Source: Amoebophrya sp. A120 (lineage: Eukaryota > Protista > Dinoflagellata). Taken from it: 64,000 nt of DNA. The translations under genes and the position numbers were made by a program. Below the pieces are notes generated by a model, which searched no databases, was not told the origin of the DNA, and was given only the letters and a program-made list of their open reading frames with translations. Below are positions 49,457-62,027 of the stretch, piece by piece. The stretch spans positions 3,505,320 to 3,569,319 of the forward strand of contig CAJINV010000004.1 of NCBI GenBank assembly GCA_905178155.1. The letters are read 5' to 3'. How positions within the stretch are numbered: the stretch's first letter is position 1; each line of letters begins with the position of its first letter.

Positions 49457-50307
49457 CGTGCCAACGTGCTGGGATTTATCGGTTGCGTGTCGCTACTAGC
49501 GAAGGTGGCGGCCGCCCGGCGCAACAAGCGGATTTATTTTCTTAGGTGCGCAAAGATCGACGCATGCGCGCTGCCGTGGTGCTCCGCTGTAGCTGCCTCG
49601 TGCGTTGTTGCAAAAACACGTTCAAAACATACACAGGAAACAAGTTCCTATCTGCACGGTCACAAGAAGATTCGACATACGATGTTGCACGAGGAGAGAA
49701 GCGACCAAATTGTACGGAGAAAGCTGTGAAGTAAGTACTTGTTGTCGACGTTTTATTCTGGGGTACATTTTACGACGGGGAACAACACGACACGTGGACA
49801 ACAACGTCCTTCCGCCGCGCGCGGATTCACGAGTACCAGAGTGAAGAAGATTGCAACCAACTTCTTACCCTGAAATTATATCACAGCACTTGTACTTGGA
49901 AACCGCGAACACAGCTGCTACGTCTACAGCAATCGAGCGCATCAACATGTTAGCATCAGCACGTGAGAGCAAGCTCAAGCACAGCACAGCACGGCACCGC
50001 TGACTTCAAAGTCGTTTGTTTCTTTTCGTCTCCAACATGGGCTCAAGAGAAGTCAAAGTTCTGTGCATCCGCATTTTACACCAGTACCCTGGCGAACTAC
50101 CAAAACACTTGCGTCGTCAACAGAGGGCTAGTATACCACATAGAGGTACTGCCATCGACCTATGAGTTCTTCACGAAAAATTTTCGCACCGTCGAGTGAA
50201 CAAAAATATCGCCATGAAAATTTTTGTTCAGAAAGAAATTTCGCTTTACATCTCCATATAGACAAATCATCATTATACATCAAGCGCCGCCCTTGCGTTA
50301 AAGTACA

Positions 50308-50673
50308 TCAGCTACACGGTTCCCAATGACGGTTGTCGGCGCCTCGCACCGCGTTCGGGTCCGGTTCGGCGGAAGGCATCGCGGGGGAAAAGTAGTTCGC
50401 CGCGGGCCACTTGCACTCGCCCGTGTACCGATTGAAAAAGTAGTACACCCCGGGTCGGGATCGGCTTTCTACCTTTGTCCAGTATTTCTCGGGGTCCACC
50501 CGGTTCTGGCTTTTCAGTTCTTTCACGATCTTCACCTTGGGGCACTCCGCCTGGCGAATAGCCGCCCAGATGTAAGCATTCTTATCCTGCTCCAGGGTCA
50601 CCAGCGCGTAGGAGTTCGGGTCCCCCCCGGTGGGCGACGCAGGATCGACGCTGAGCTCGTTGCTGGTGGACAT
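50308..50673 (-). CDS. Small WW-domain protein, intronless
   Basis: WTKVESRSRPGVYYFFNRYTGECKW matches the WW pattern (W-x-YY/F-N-x-T-x-W) and resembles the Pin1 WW domain. No PPIase domain follows. Confidence 0.75.
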   Translation of the reverse strand: MSTSNELSVDPASPTGGDPNSYALVTLEQDKNAYIWAAIRQAECPKVKIVKELKSQNRVDPEKYWTKVESRSRPGVYYFFNRYTGECKWPAANYFSPAMPSAEPDPNAVRGADNRHWEPCS

Positions 50674-50699
50674 CGTTCTGAACGGCTCCACGGGTGGAC

Positions 50700-53600
50700 A
50701 AGTTCAAATTTGGTTTTGGCTAGTGCAAGTTTCATGTACGAGCATCATCCTCGAACGATATTAGGTCGTAGCCGTACTCAGGTGCGGCACTTTGAGTTTG
50801 AACAAAAAATGCATTGCATCCGGACAGTAGCACTTGATTCCGAGGCCGGCGAGTTTATTCGAGATGTGCGAAAAAGGAAGGTCTAAACGTTCGCAAGCGT
50901 GGGCCCTGGGGAAGTAATTTTCCTCTATCGCGTTGCAAAACAAGGACCGTGTTTTTTTTTCAAAAGCTAAACCGATGATAGAGCCGGGCAAGGCCGCGGT
51001 GCGCGATCGATGCAGAAGACCGATTTTTGTTGTTTCTGTCGACCGAGTGGCTGTGCATCAGAGCACCTTCTACCGATAGTGGTCCGATGTGTGCGGCAGG
51101 GGCACTTCAATGAATTTCGGAAGGCGACATAGGAAATTCCCAGCGGTAGGGTCTCCAGTTTCAATTTTATTCGCTTCACTTCGCTGGGTGGTGGTTGGCG
51201 GTGGCCTCTTCGCATGTGGCCCACTAGACCGGGGATGGGAACGACGCCACGCCATGCACCTCAGGCACGCGACTACCAAATGGCCGCGCGGGCGCCGAAC
51301 CCGGGTTATCTGCGGTCGAGCGCAAGGCCCCCCCCGCGACCTTGCGCTGGGACCCGCGCGCGCGCAGCTTGGCGACTTCCCCCCCCCCCCACGGACGGGG
51401 AGCAGGCCGAACGCAGGGACCGGGGCGCCCGAGCGTGCCACGCCGTGCGCGGGCGACGTTGCGCCCTCCCGTACAAGATCGGCACAGCGAAGGCCTACGC
51501 GGCGCAGGCTCGGACAAGGTCCTCCTGCCCCGCGATTGCGACGCATCTTCGGAGTCTCCGCGTTGTATTTTCCCGCGTAGCGCACCGCGTCCCACCGGTA
51601 CAAGGAGCGCGCGACGACCTAAGAAGGGCGCCATGTCATTCAAGGACCCCCGCAGTGGGCCACTATTGTATGCGCGGAGGATATGAGGTACTTTTTTCCT
51701 GTAATTTGTGCAAAAAGAGAAATAAAGCGCCTGGGCTGTGGTCATCGACTCAGGCGGATCAGCTATTAGGCACCCATTACAAGATAGCTAATGCCTACAC
51801 TGATCATCATCACCACTCCTGGCCAGTTTTTCCTATGCTTTCCTAAAGACCAACTATTCAGAAAATTACCACACTGCTAAAAAAGTGTCAAAACTACCCT
51901 AGAAATGTCAGCGAGACTTAGGGCGCCTTTTTTATAAGAGTTTTGCTTTATTTGCAACATCAAAATCAAGCCACGTTAGCAATTTCTTAGGGTTGTGAAA
52001 AATAGTGAAAAAATTAAAAATTTTTCCCGTCGAAAAAAATCAGCAACGTGCAATTTGAAATGCTACCCCTGTGACATAGTTTTGGGAGTCGCTCCCATTA
52101 GTCCATTTATAAAAGCGACAGGCAGTGAAATTCTTCGATTTTTTCCGGCGAACAAAAGTTGGAAAATTTTGAAAAATTTCGAAAATGGAAGCAATGTCCT
52201 TCCAACCTGTTAAAAGTAAGCAAAAAGATAAAAGTATTGCGATATTAATTATCATAGATCTTTCTTCCCATCTAAATCACATTCAGCGCATTGGCTTTTG
52301 CAAAAATTCACCCTAGTCAAAATTTTGAAAAAAAATGAAAAAAATAACAAAACAAAGACGATGCCTACGCGTCATGCAATTTCACAACCGACTCGGTCAG
52401 GAATGTAGTGCGGTGACGCTTTCTGATGCATATAATGTAAAAGAATCTGCCATGGCGGATTTTTTGCAATTTTTAAAAATTTAAAAATTTTGAAACTGTC
52501 CCCATGAGATAAATGACCTTCGTAATCTGGCAAGGTATATAGGCAAGAGATGAAACTGGTGTGCCTTCTGGTGGTAAGATTACCTACTAAATTGGAAAAC
52601 GTTGGCAGATTTACAATATGCAGAATTTCTTAAAATCGCCAAAAAAGCAAGGCGGGTCTGAACATGTGACCCATCTTATCTCCTAGGGTAGCCCTTTGTA
52701 TTTGGTGACTAAGAGGGAGCGCGCACCCCAAGACGTTGCCTTTTTCCTAGTACAATTCCCGGCGGGATCAATAGGTCTGACCAGCATACTACATATCAAC
52801 CCGCTGCGGAAATTCTTACCCCCCCTATCTCTTGCAAGGACGGGGCTGGGCCTCCTCCGTCGATGGAGAGGGGGCGCAAATCCATAGACGCGGCGCCCTG
52901 TCGTCGCGCTTCATCGACTACACCGCGGCCGCTTCTTGGCTGCGGTACTCGCATGCGGGGCGGGGCCCGGGCCCCCATCGATGCCGCCCGCCGCCCCCGG
53001 GCGGTCGGGCTAGTCTGTTGCGCCCCTTCTGCATCAGCGGGGGCCGATTAATGCACGGGGCCACGGCCAAAGTCGATGACGGCGCTGCGCGACGTCCCGC
53101 GCCGGTGCGGCGCGGCGCCTCCTGGCGCGGGCGCTTCCTGATTCCCCGTTGTGGGGGGGGGGGGGGGGTGCTGCGAGCGCGGGGGCCCGCGATGCGACCC
53201 TTCAAGAGCCGGGGCATCGATTACCGAGGCCCGTGCCGCGACCGCCTGCGATTCAACACTACACTTCTTGGGCGCCGTGCCGCGGGCTGTTGGCCTCCTT
53301 TCAATTGGCTTTGGCCGATCGCGGCTCCCCGGGTGCGTCGGAAAATGCCGCAAATTGGGGGCGGCGGCGTGCGCGGCCCGGCATACCTTCGCGGAGCGTG
53401 TGATTTATGGCCTTTCGCCCTCCGCCAGTCGCCTTGGGCCGGGGAGCTCCGCCCCCGCTTTTTCCTACTTTTCGGCCAGATAGCGACGTCAATAGTTTGT
53501 GGCTTGAAGAAGTGTCACGCAAGTACTTATCTCATCCGTCATCCTCTCTACTGTGCCGGGAGCGGTCCTTTGTTTCAGCCATTTCTGCCTCAGAGTCATG

Positions 53601-54090
53601 CTGCTCTCATTCAGGCATTAAAGCCATCTAGTGCAGTGGATTTGTTTACAAGACGTCATAGCGAGCAACATATATAATTTGGAGTTCTGTGATGTTCCTA
53701 TTCTGTTATATCGTCGTGCTTTAAACGGGTCATTTGAGCGTGTCAAATTTGTCTTACTTGGTGAAGTCTGTGAGTCGCACGGTCTATGTAGTAGTGCCAT
53801 AACTGGTCCTGTCTGTGTGTCCTCATTTGCTCCTGCTGTGAGATGTGCTTCACTGCTTTATTGTCCACCGCATCGTGCAACTCATCAGCACGAGATCGTG
53901 GACCGCCACGCTTTCTGCATTTAGCTCACGTGAGTAAATATGTCGAGCCCCACCCCCAGTGAGCCCGCAGTACGTAGTTGGTCTTCCTCGTCAGTACTCC
54001 CCGTGGTTCTGCTTTTGATGTTGTAGCAACTGATTTGATTTCTAGGAGACCAGAACAATGTTGTCCCTTCCCCATTCCACCAGTTCACCT
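50700..54090. other. Divergent strand-switch region with GC-rich / AT-rich / GC-rich architecture
   Basis: All genes to the left are on the minus strand and both to the right are on the plus strand. A-tract core at about 51850-52680 and GC-rich arms at about 51200-51660 and 52840-53470. Confidence 0.75.
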
Positions 54091-54095
54091 TCCGC

Positions 54096-57000
54096 ATGAC
54101 CACCAGCAGCAGTTCCTCGTCCAGCCCGTGGCCGAGCCGGTTGGCCGACTACGGTCCGCTGGAGGTGGAGCTCGGGCGCGGACAACAATGCGTGGTGTAC
54201 CGCGGCCGCTGGCAGGACCGGTGGGTTGCCCTGAAGGTGGTGCAGAAAGCGAACCTGCGGCGGGCGGAGGCGGAGAAGCTGCAGAACGAGATTGTGGTGC
54301 ACAGCCAGCTGCAGCATTTGCACGTCTTGGACATCTACCATGCGTTCGAGGACGCGGAGCAGGTGGTACTCGTGCTAGATATGCATTGCAAAAGTATCGT
54401 ACTAAGTACAAATTGCATTACAAATTTTATCAGAAAGAAAAATGGAATTTGTAATGCTAATTCATCAGGTAAAAAGGTAGGCTTGTCATGCAAGATTGCA
54501 ATTAGCACGAGTGCGATACTTTTGCACAGGATACTAGAGCACGCAACACCGGTTTATTGTCACAACCGGAAGGACTCTCCTGTAGGTTGTCTCCGGACTG
54601 ACGCGGGCCCGCCGGACCACCGCCGACCTGGTCGTCCCACCGCCGCGCCCGCGCCGAGTAGGGGGCGCTTCACCGAGGCGCGGCTCCGCGTGCTTTTGTC
54701 CGAGGTGCTCAAGGCGCTCCAGTACCTCCACGGGCTGCGGTACCATCACGGCGCGGTGCGGACGGAAAACTTGTTACACGTGGAGGGGTATCGAATGCAA
54801 ATGATATGTCTGGCTGTGGAAGACGACTGCGCTTGGTTGTCGTGCATGTGCCGGGACAGATGGGTGATCTGGAATACACGCTAAGTGTTAGAGGTCGTAA
54901 GAAGGGTGCTTAATGGGTACGCTGCATAAAAGAAACTCGCTTGTTTTTTGCGTACCAAAGTGTAAGGAACTTGTTCTGGTATCCATGCAATACAGATTTT
55001 GTTTTCTGCTCCAGATTTAGTGCCAGAAATTTAAACGCTTCCTGACGCAGACGTTGACGTACTTTTGCAATGCATAAGAGTGTGGGAACGAAGTTGTCGG
55101 ATTTCAGCAGTGTGGCGCGTTTCCAGGACCCGCGGGACCTTCGGGAGGAGAGAGGCAACTTTCGGGGAGGGAGTACCGGGGGAGACATCTTTGCTTCGCC
55201 ACGAACTAGTACCGATAGACCGTCGTCGTCGTGCACAAAGCCTCCCAAGTCTTCTTCTTTTCGCGGCGAGGCGCAGGATTTGTTCGACCTAGGCACGTGC
55301 GCGGTACAGCTGCTGCTGGACTCCGAGAGCACCGTCGACCCCTGGGTGCGGAACAACGCCTTCCCGGCCACCGTCTCAAAGCGGTGCATCGCCTGCCTGG
55401 AGCAGTTCCAGAAGCCCAACGCCACCGCGGAAGGGCTTCTGCGGCAGCCGTTCTTCCTGTCTTCGCTTGCGATTGTATCCGGAGTGAAAACTCCGTCGCC
55501 ACCCGCTCAGAGTTGTAGTTATGTAAGATTGCAAACAGTTATGTACGGGAACACGTGTAATTATGTGCGTTCTTATGTGCGCAATTCCCAATCATGTTTT
55601 GGCATTCGCAAAATGCGGTGAACTACCAGAATAGATCGATGGCTTTGTGATGCGGCTGTCCTTGCTAACCTGCGCTACACTACAGAGAAAAGCATGCGCG
55701 AGACTTGTCATGCGTGACATCCAAACCTTCCGGATTTGTGTTGCACAGTTTCCAACTTGACCCGTGGGTGGGCACAGTATTTTCACACAGGATAAGTTCC
55801 ACGGATCGTCTACGACCCGCGAAACGAGGACCCGGGGTCGGCGCGAGGCGGTTTGCTGCTCGGGAGTTCTTGTAGGAACAACCTGCACAAAAAGGCCAAC
55901 TCGGCACCCGGCGCGCACAGCGTGGTGGCGCCCTCCTCCAGCGGCAGCCTAGCCCTTCCCGCGGGGAGTACAGCGAAACACGGCGGGATGGTGCATCTCC
56001 GGGACGTGCGCGGCCGGAGCGGACAAACACGGGCCGTGCCGCACCGTGGCGCGGGCAGCGACTACGGTGCGGCAAACTCGAAACCAAGAATCGTCCGGCC
56101 GGTTATGCCCTACGACCCACATAATTACACGGACAGCGAAGGCAGTGTGCAGTATGGAAGAAAAGTTCGTTGAAAAGCATTCATTTTATTGCGGTGGTTG
56201 GTTATTTGCTTTCGCTGAAGCCTACTTTTGCACCCTTGGAAACCACGACGAGTGAAAACGTATTTCACAATTATGCACGGCAGCTTGGCAAATAGTAGTA
56301 AACCGAAGTGGTCAACATAAAACAGGCCACGGAAGATGTCTCCCCCCATCGCATTGAAGACGAATGGCCCTTTTCATCTCCCTTTGCATACAGCACGCCG
56401 GAGAGACAAAGATGCGGACGGAGTGTCAGGGCAGCGCAATAGCAAGGCGCGACGCGAGGAGCCGCCAGGAGCTGCTCCGAGGATGGTACTGTCGACCAAG
56501 GCAGCGCTGCTGCACCAACAAAAGACCCGAAACCGGATTTCCTCCAGTCACCATCTGCCGTCGGGAAAGGTGAGAAGCAGAAGAAGATTTGTTTATACAC
56601 AGACAATCTGATATCTGCAAGCGTATTTCATCTAACTGTTCTTCAGCGCTTCACTTAACTTCGCTGAACAAAAAATCAAAAGCGAAACCCATCTTTGATG
56701 TCTGATCATACCTGCAGGTGAACCCGCTCGCAGCCGCCGGAGTTGCACCACGGGAAGGCCACGCGACCTCGCAGCGGTCGTCCCGGGACGTGCCTCTCGT
56801 CCGACCCTCTGCGCCGCCCGCAATAGGAATCACTGCGGCGTCCTCGCACAACAGCGACAGCGACCTCGCACATTCGTCCTCGAACGAGAGTGGGGAGGAG
56901 ATTGGTTTGCAGGAGGTCCTGCCCGTCTTGCTTGGCGATGAAACGCACAGCACTATGCAAATCGGCAGCTGCCAGCTACACACGTCCACGGGGCAGTTTG

Positions 57001-60000
57001 ACTTCGAGGACCAACATGATCCACTTCCTTCGTGGCAGCAAATGATGCAGCGCAACAGCACGGGCACGGAGCACAACACGCGGCTGGTCTCGCACCCTTT
57101 CTCAGACGCCCGCCAACTGCGATCGGTGATCAGCAACGACGAGGAAGTAGTAGATGAAGACGGAGGTAGTTTTTGTACTACAAATGGCGGCGGAAGACAA
57201 GTAAAAGAGCATCCACCTCCGGTAGAAGTAGACCTGGATCCAGACGCTATGCCGGAGAAGAGAAGACCTACGTCAACATCTCTTCACCATCGCCGCCGCG
57301 ACATCGCCGCAAGAAACTACGGCCCGAGAACAGTCGAGGCGGCCGGGAAAAACGAAGTTGGTACAACTATGTTCGGAGGCGCTGCTGGATCGCCTGCACG
57401 AACGCCTCCTTCCGGAAAAAAGTCGCCTGCGTCTACTTCCCGTGGTGTTCTGCCTCACGGTGGTCAGAAATTTCGCAGCTGCATCGAGGACCAGAGCTTT
57501 ATCGACGAGGGCGCGCTGCTGTTTGACAAACGCGGCACGGAGCTGTTGCCGGAGTTCCCCCGACAGACCGCGGGCAAATCCCCGACCACTGAGCTCGTGT
57601 TCGATAAACACCGCGAGTTGCTAGCGGCCAACCGCCGGTCTTGCGACAAACTGTTGCAAGAGAATAAATGTTTGGAGCAACAGGGCGAGGGGCCCAACAA
57701 CACGAAAAATGGGGTTCGTAGTAATGCTGGTCCATCTAGTTCTTCTTCAAAAGTTTCAACTTCGGAACAGCAACATCAAAATGCCGCCAAAAGAGCACCT
57801 CGAGCCCGTGAAGATGTTTTTTCGGCACAGCAGCCGCTTCTACTGTCCGATGAACCTGAAAGTTGTTTCGAACAGACAGAGGAGGATCTTCGCCTCCACG
57901 GAGACAAGGATAATTGTCATGATTGCAATATGGACGAGGTGGACGTCGAGCATGGTACTACTAGCATCAAAAGCCCATTACTACAAGAACCGGGAGGACA
58001 TGAACATCAAGATCCCTCGCTGGTATCCTCGTCCGCAGCCAACATTCTCGACGCGGAGCAGCTTTCGCCGGTGACCAACCGGCACGAGGACATGCAGACC
58101 AGCGGCTTTCTCCTGTCCAACCACGTGGGCGACATCAGTCTGACGCACTATTTGCCGGGCGACGTCGGCGCCGCGGCAGCCATGCCCATGTCTCGAAGCA
58201 GCAGCTCCAGCCGGAATGTAGCAGTAGGTGTGAACAAGAACGAAGAAGACCACCATGATAACCCTGCTGCAGGCGCCGGGTCTCGAGCCGAGACGCAACT
58301 GGATCATCAGGAGCTGTTAAATGATCCGCGCCGGCGCACCGGCGGGGCAACGCCGTCGTCGTCGAGTCGCGCGAAGTTCGACCCGGATGGACAGCAGAGC
58401 AACTTTGCTCAAGAGGTAGATCATGCAACTTCGAGAAAGCATGGCGCGGGCCGAGTCTCTTTAATTCCGCCGACGACGAGGAACAGAACGCGGCTAGCCG
58501 TGCAACATGACCCTAGTACAGACCACGAGGACCGCGGCACCTGCGGCAGGGCAAACGATTCCGCGATGGACGCGTTGGTGCGGGGGCTGCCGTCCCCAGC
58601 GCGGCGTGGATCGTCTCGGCAGCGCTTTTTCGGCGATCGGCCAGCCGGAGTAGAGGAGCAGCAGGCTCGTGGTACAGTATCAAACGGCACTGCTGGAGGT
58701 GCTGCACATCGACCGCCTTCAGGAACTACTTCCCGTGGTCGGGAGAACACGTATAAAGACGATCGCAAAAATTATGCTAGAAATGTTGCAGCACCTCCAT
58801 CTGCCAGCAACGCAGACCACGAGGACCAGTCCGTCGTGGATATGGAAGTGGAAGGTCTGCCGAGTAGTAATCCACACGACCCGCACGGCGGTTCCTTACC
58901 GGCGGAAGCACTATCACCGCCGGTTCCCGCGATGCACACAAGTAACCTGCTGGTGGACACGAAGCGGATTAAGAAGCCCGTGGACCTGACGCAGAAAAAC
59001 GGGTATCGCTTCCAGGTGACGCAGCGGGGAGAGGTGCGAATCGGCGGCCCGGAGGGCGTGTTCGTGATCGATCCCGGCGGCGTCAGCTGCCGCTTGGAGC
59101 AAAGGTATAAGGTAGAGTCCTTTACGAAAGAAGCGGGCGGATTTAGGGTTTTAGGATTTAGGGTTTTTGTCCGCTTTACGAGACAGGCGGCGATGACTAT
59201 GTGTTTCACAACATACGTACGATCAAACCAGTTTTTGATGGCTCGGTCTGCGTCCACGATGCGAAACCAAACCTCCGCACTGCTGGTTGTTTGTTCTACT
59301 TACAACTGCATTTCTCTTGTACAAGTCTCGTCAAAGCTGACAAATTGCGCCAAAGTACTCGGCCTCTGCTGTATGATTGGCAGTTGTGCTGTAGATTTTA
59401 TCCTTGTCTTTCCAAATAACTTCATTCAGGTCTTCCAGCACGGCGAGCAGCAGTGAGCATAACAAATCCTCCGCAGCTGCTTTGGGTCTATGTCCCGACC
59501 TCAATAAGCGCATCCAGGCCGGGGAGAAGAGCCGGCAGGCGCTGATCCGGAAGTACGCGAGCTACCAACACCTGCCGGCCTTCTTGAAGCACTGGTACCA
59601 GTTTGCGTTCACCGTCGTGAACCAGCTCCGGGCGCGGACGCCGAAGGTGATTCTGCACTACGAGCGGTGTCGCTGCGAGCTGATGGACAACGTGCCCTTA
59701 CCGGACTTCGTGGTGCACTTCCACGACACCATGAGTACCCAGCTGATCCGCTACTGCCGCGTACGGGAGGGGCTTTTGACCTTGTCCACACGGACTGGTG
59801 GGTCCACGTTCTCGACGTCCAGAAAGCCGGTCGGAACTAGAAGTACCGGCTTGGATCAACATGAGCCGCACATGCATGAAGATCATGATTCCTTTTTCAC
59901 CCAGCAGAAGAGGGGAGGACTACTATCGTCTTCCGCTTCTGAAGTCGTAGCCGACCTCCAGCCCGCGTCTTCCTTCGAAATTCCGCTCGAGTTGGTCTTG

Positions 60001-60638
60001 CAAGCGGAGGACGGTGCCGCGAAACAGAGCCTGGACGAACTGCTGGTGTTATCCACTGCAATAAAGAACATGGTTGAGTCTGGAAAAAGGCCGTGGATAA
60101 GATTAGTAAACGGAGATGTCTACTTTCGGGACCGCATGAGAAACGCACAGACTGCTTGCTTGTGTACAGACAGATTTTTGTCCTCTATTCCAGACTCAAA
60201 TCGACGATATTTCCAACGCATAAGTGCCGTATCAGTGGGAGCTGGGCGATGTGAAGCCCGTGCTGGAGAAGGTAGTTGCCGCTTGGGAGATACGCATCGC
60301 AAAAATATCGTACACTGAATCTGCGAAGAACTGCATCACGAAAGGAAAAAAGGAAGCTCTTATGCATCCTTATTAGTTATTCTTGAAATAAGTTTGTCAT
60401 GCAAAACCAAAAGTGCAGTTACAATTCGGGTATACGGTTGTACTTTTGCAGAGGACAGAAGGCCGCGCGGCGGGAAGAAAAAATCGCGTTCGACAAGAGC
60501 GCAGAGCTCTTACACAACCTGCACGCAAAGACGGGGAGCGCGGGATTTCCAGCGTTGGAGTTTCAGGCGGAATTTGAGAGATACCAGCGCGAGCTCGCCA
60601 ACTTGTACCCGGTCGTGAAGCGGTTTGACGTATGGTGA
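54096..60638 (+). CDS. PLK4: Polo-like kinase 4 (SAK)-like protein: degenerate N-terminal kinase domain, long disordered linker, cryptic polo box
   Basis: Kinase motifs LGRG..VY, VALK, NEIVVHSQLQH, FED..VVLVLE, LQYLH and KLSDF are joined across elements 54380-54533 and 54789-55076. The C-terminal VDTKRIKKP...HLPAFLKHWYQFAFTVVNQLRARTPKVILHYERCRCELMDNVPLPDFVVHFHD resembles the PLK4 cryptic polo box ([33 protein letters not shown]..DF). Middle exon boundaries are uncertain. Confidence 0.78.
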
Positions 60639-62027
60639 AGAAAATTGGTTTCCTGGGGTCGCCCTCGGCATGCCACGAGTGTTCAAGTTTTTACTTCTGC
60701 TGGGTACTTACTTCCGTGCGAATTTAATAGACCTCGTGTGGGCAATCTTATACAATTAGATGCGTAGTGGAGAACTACGTCTCCTGCTGGCAACTTGTAC
60801 GTCGTGCATGCATGTCATGGGCATGGGTTTCAGGTGTAGAGCTCGAACCTGCGGCGCATCAGAGCCACAAACGAGCAGGGAAAATCCGGGGAACTGAAGA
60901 ACACTCGTGGCCAGTCAGGGGGACAATTTTCTGCTTTGTACACCTACCCATAAGAGGCCCGCCAGCTGACTACGCGAAGATGCGTCGAGCAGTTTCTTGA
61001 ATTCTCCGATGGGCACTGCTGTGTGTGTCTAGTTTACTGTACGAGGTAAAGAAGCACAACTACAAGGTAAAGAAGCACCACCAAAGGAAAGAAACAAGCT
61101 TCTGCGCAGTCACCGTCCGACGCGAGAACAAAGTCCAAAACGCGCAGCGTCTGGTCCGAGCAGGGCTGTTGGACGAATCTGGCTGGCTAGCCAAGGGTGC
61201 TCCAGAAAAGCCCAAATCCGCGAACACTTTCCGATACGGACTTCGTCTGCTGATTACGTAAAGTTACTCGATGCGAATAGTTCCTCTGATGAACACGTTA
61301 CGCTGGACCTGGTACAGAGAAAGGAAAGAATTCATTATCTGCGCAGAAGTCTACACGTGAAAATGCAGCGAAGTGGAGTAGCTGTAACGTGGGCATGTCA
61401 AGGCCAACATGATCCTCGCTCATCTAGGGATGAATGTGATATCACTCACGTGACACGCTGTTCTTTCTGTTCGACGTGGCTGCTAGAATGGTCGAAGACG
61501 ATTGTTTCTGCCGATTGGTATATATTCCCGTGTATTTGCTGATTGGATAAAAAAGTGCGTACACACTTTTCTCCTCCTATATGTCGCGGTATTAAGACAT
61601 AAGGTCGATGTCGTGTGATAAAAATCGATCTGGCTGGTACCAGTCCACAATTGTTTGTCGAAGCTCGTGCCGTTGAGAAGGAAATTTCTGCCGAGTTCGT
61701 TGAGAAGAAAAATCACCGCTGCATGAATGTCCTTGGAACTATACGCCAAAGTGGTGTTAGTTGAAAGTCTCCCACTTCGTTTTTTCGTGGACGCGGTTTA
61801 TTTTGCGAGGATGCTGCTTTATTGTCTAGAAAAGTACCTCGCGCTCGAAACACCTTTTCTTCCGGAATAGGACGGCTGTAGCATAATTTTTGGTCGCCTG
61901 ATTTGTTGTTTCTGCTGTCTTCCGTATCTCTAATTTCTCCTTGTTGTGCAGACCTACTAGGTTCTTCTTCTACCCCCATAAAAATATTCCTGATAAACTA
62001 AAGTAGAAACGATCGCAAAGGAATAAA

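Noticed and set aside
52832-53677. Long ORFs in the GC-rich arms (also 51070-51846)
   Set aside because: R/G/P/A-rich overlapping frames expected from extreme GC content, with no recognisable domains.
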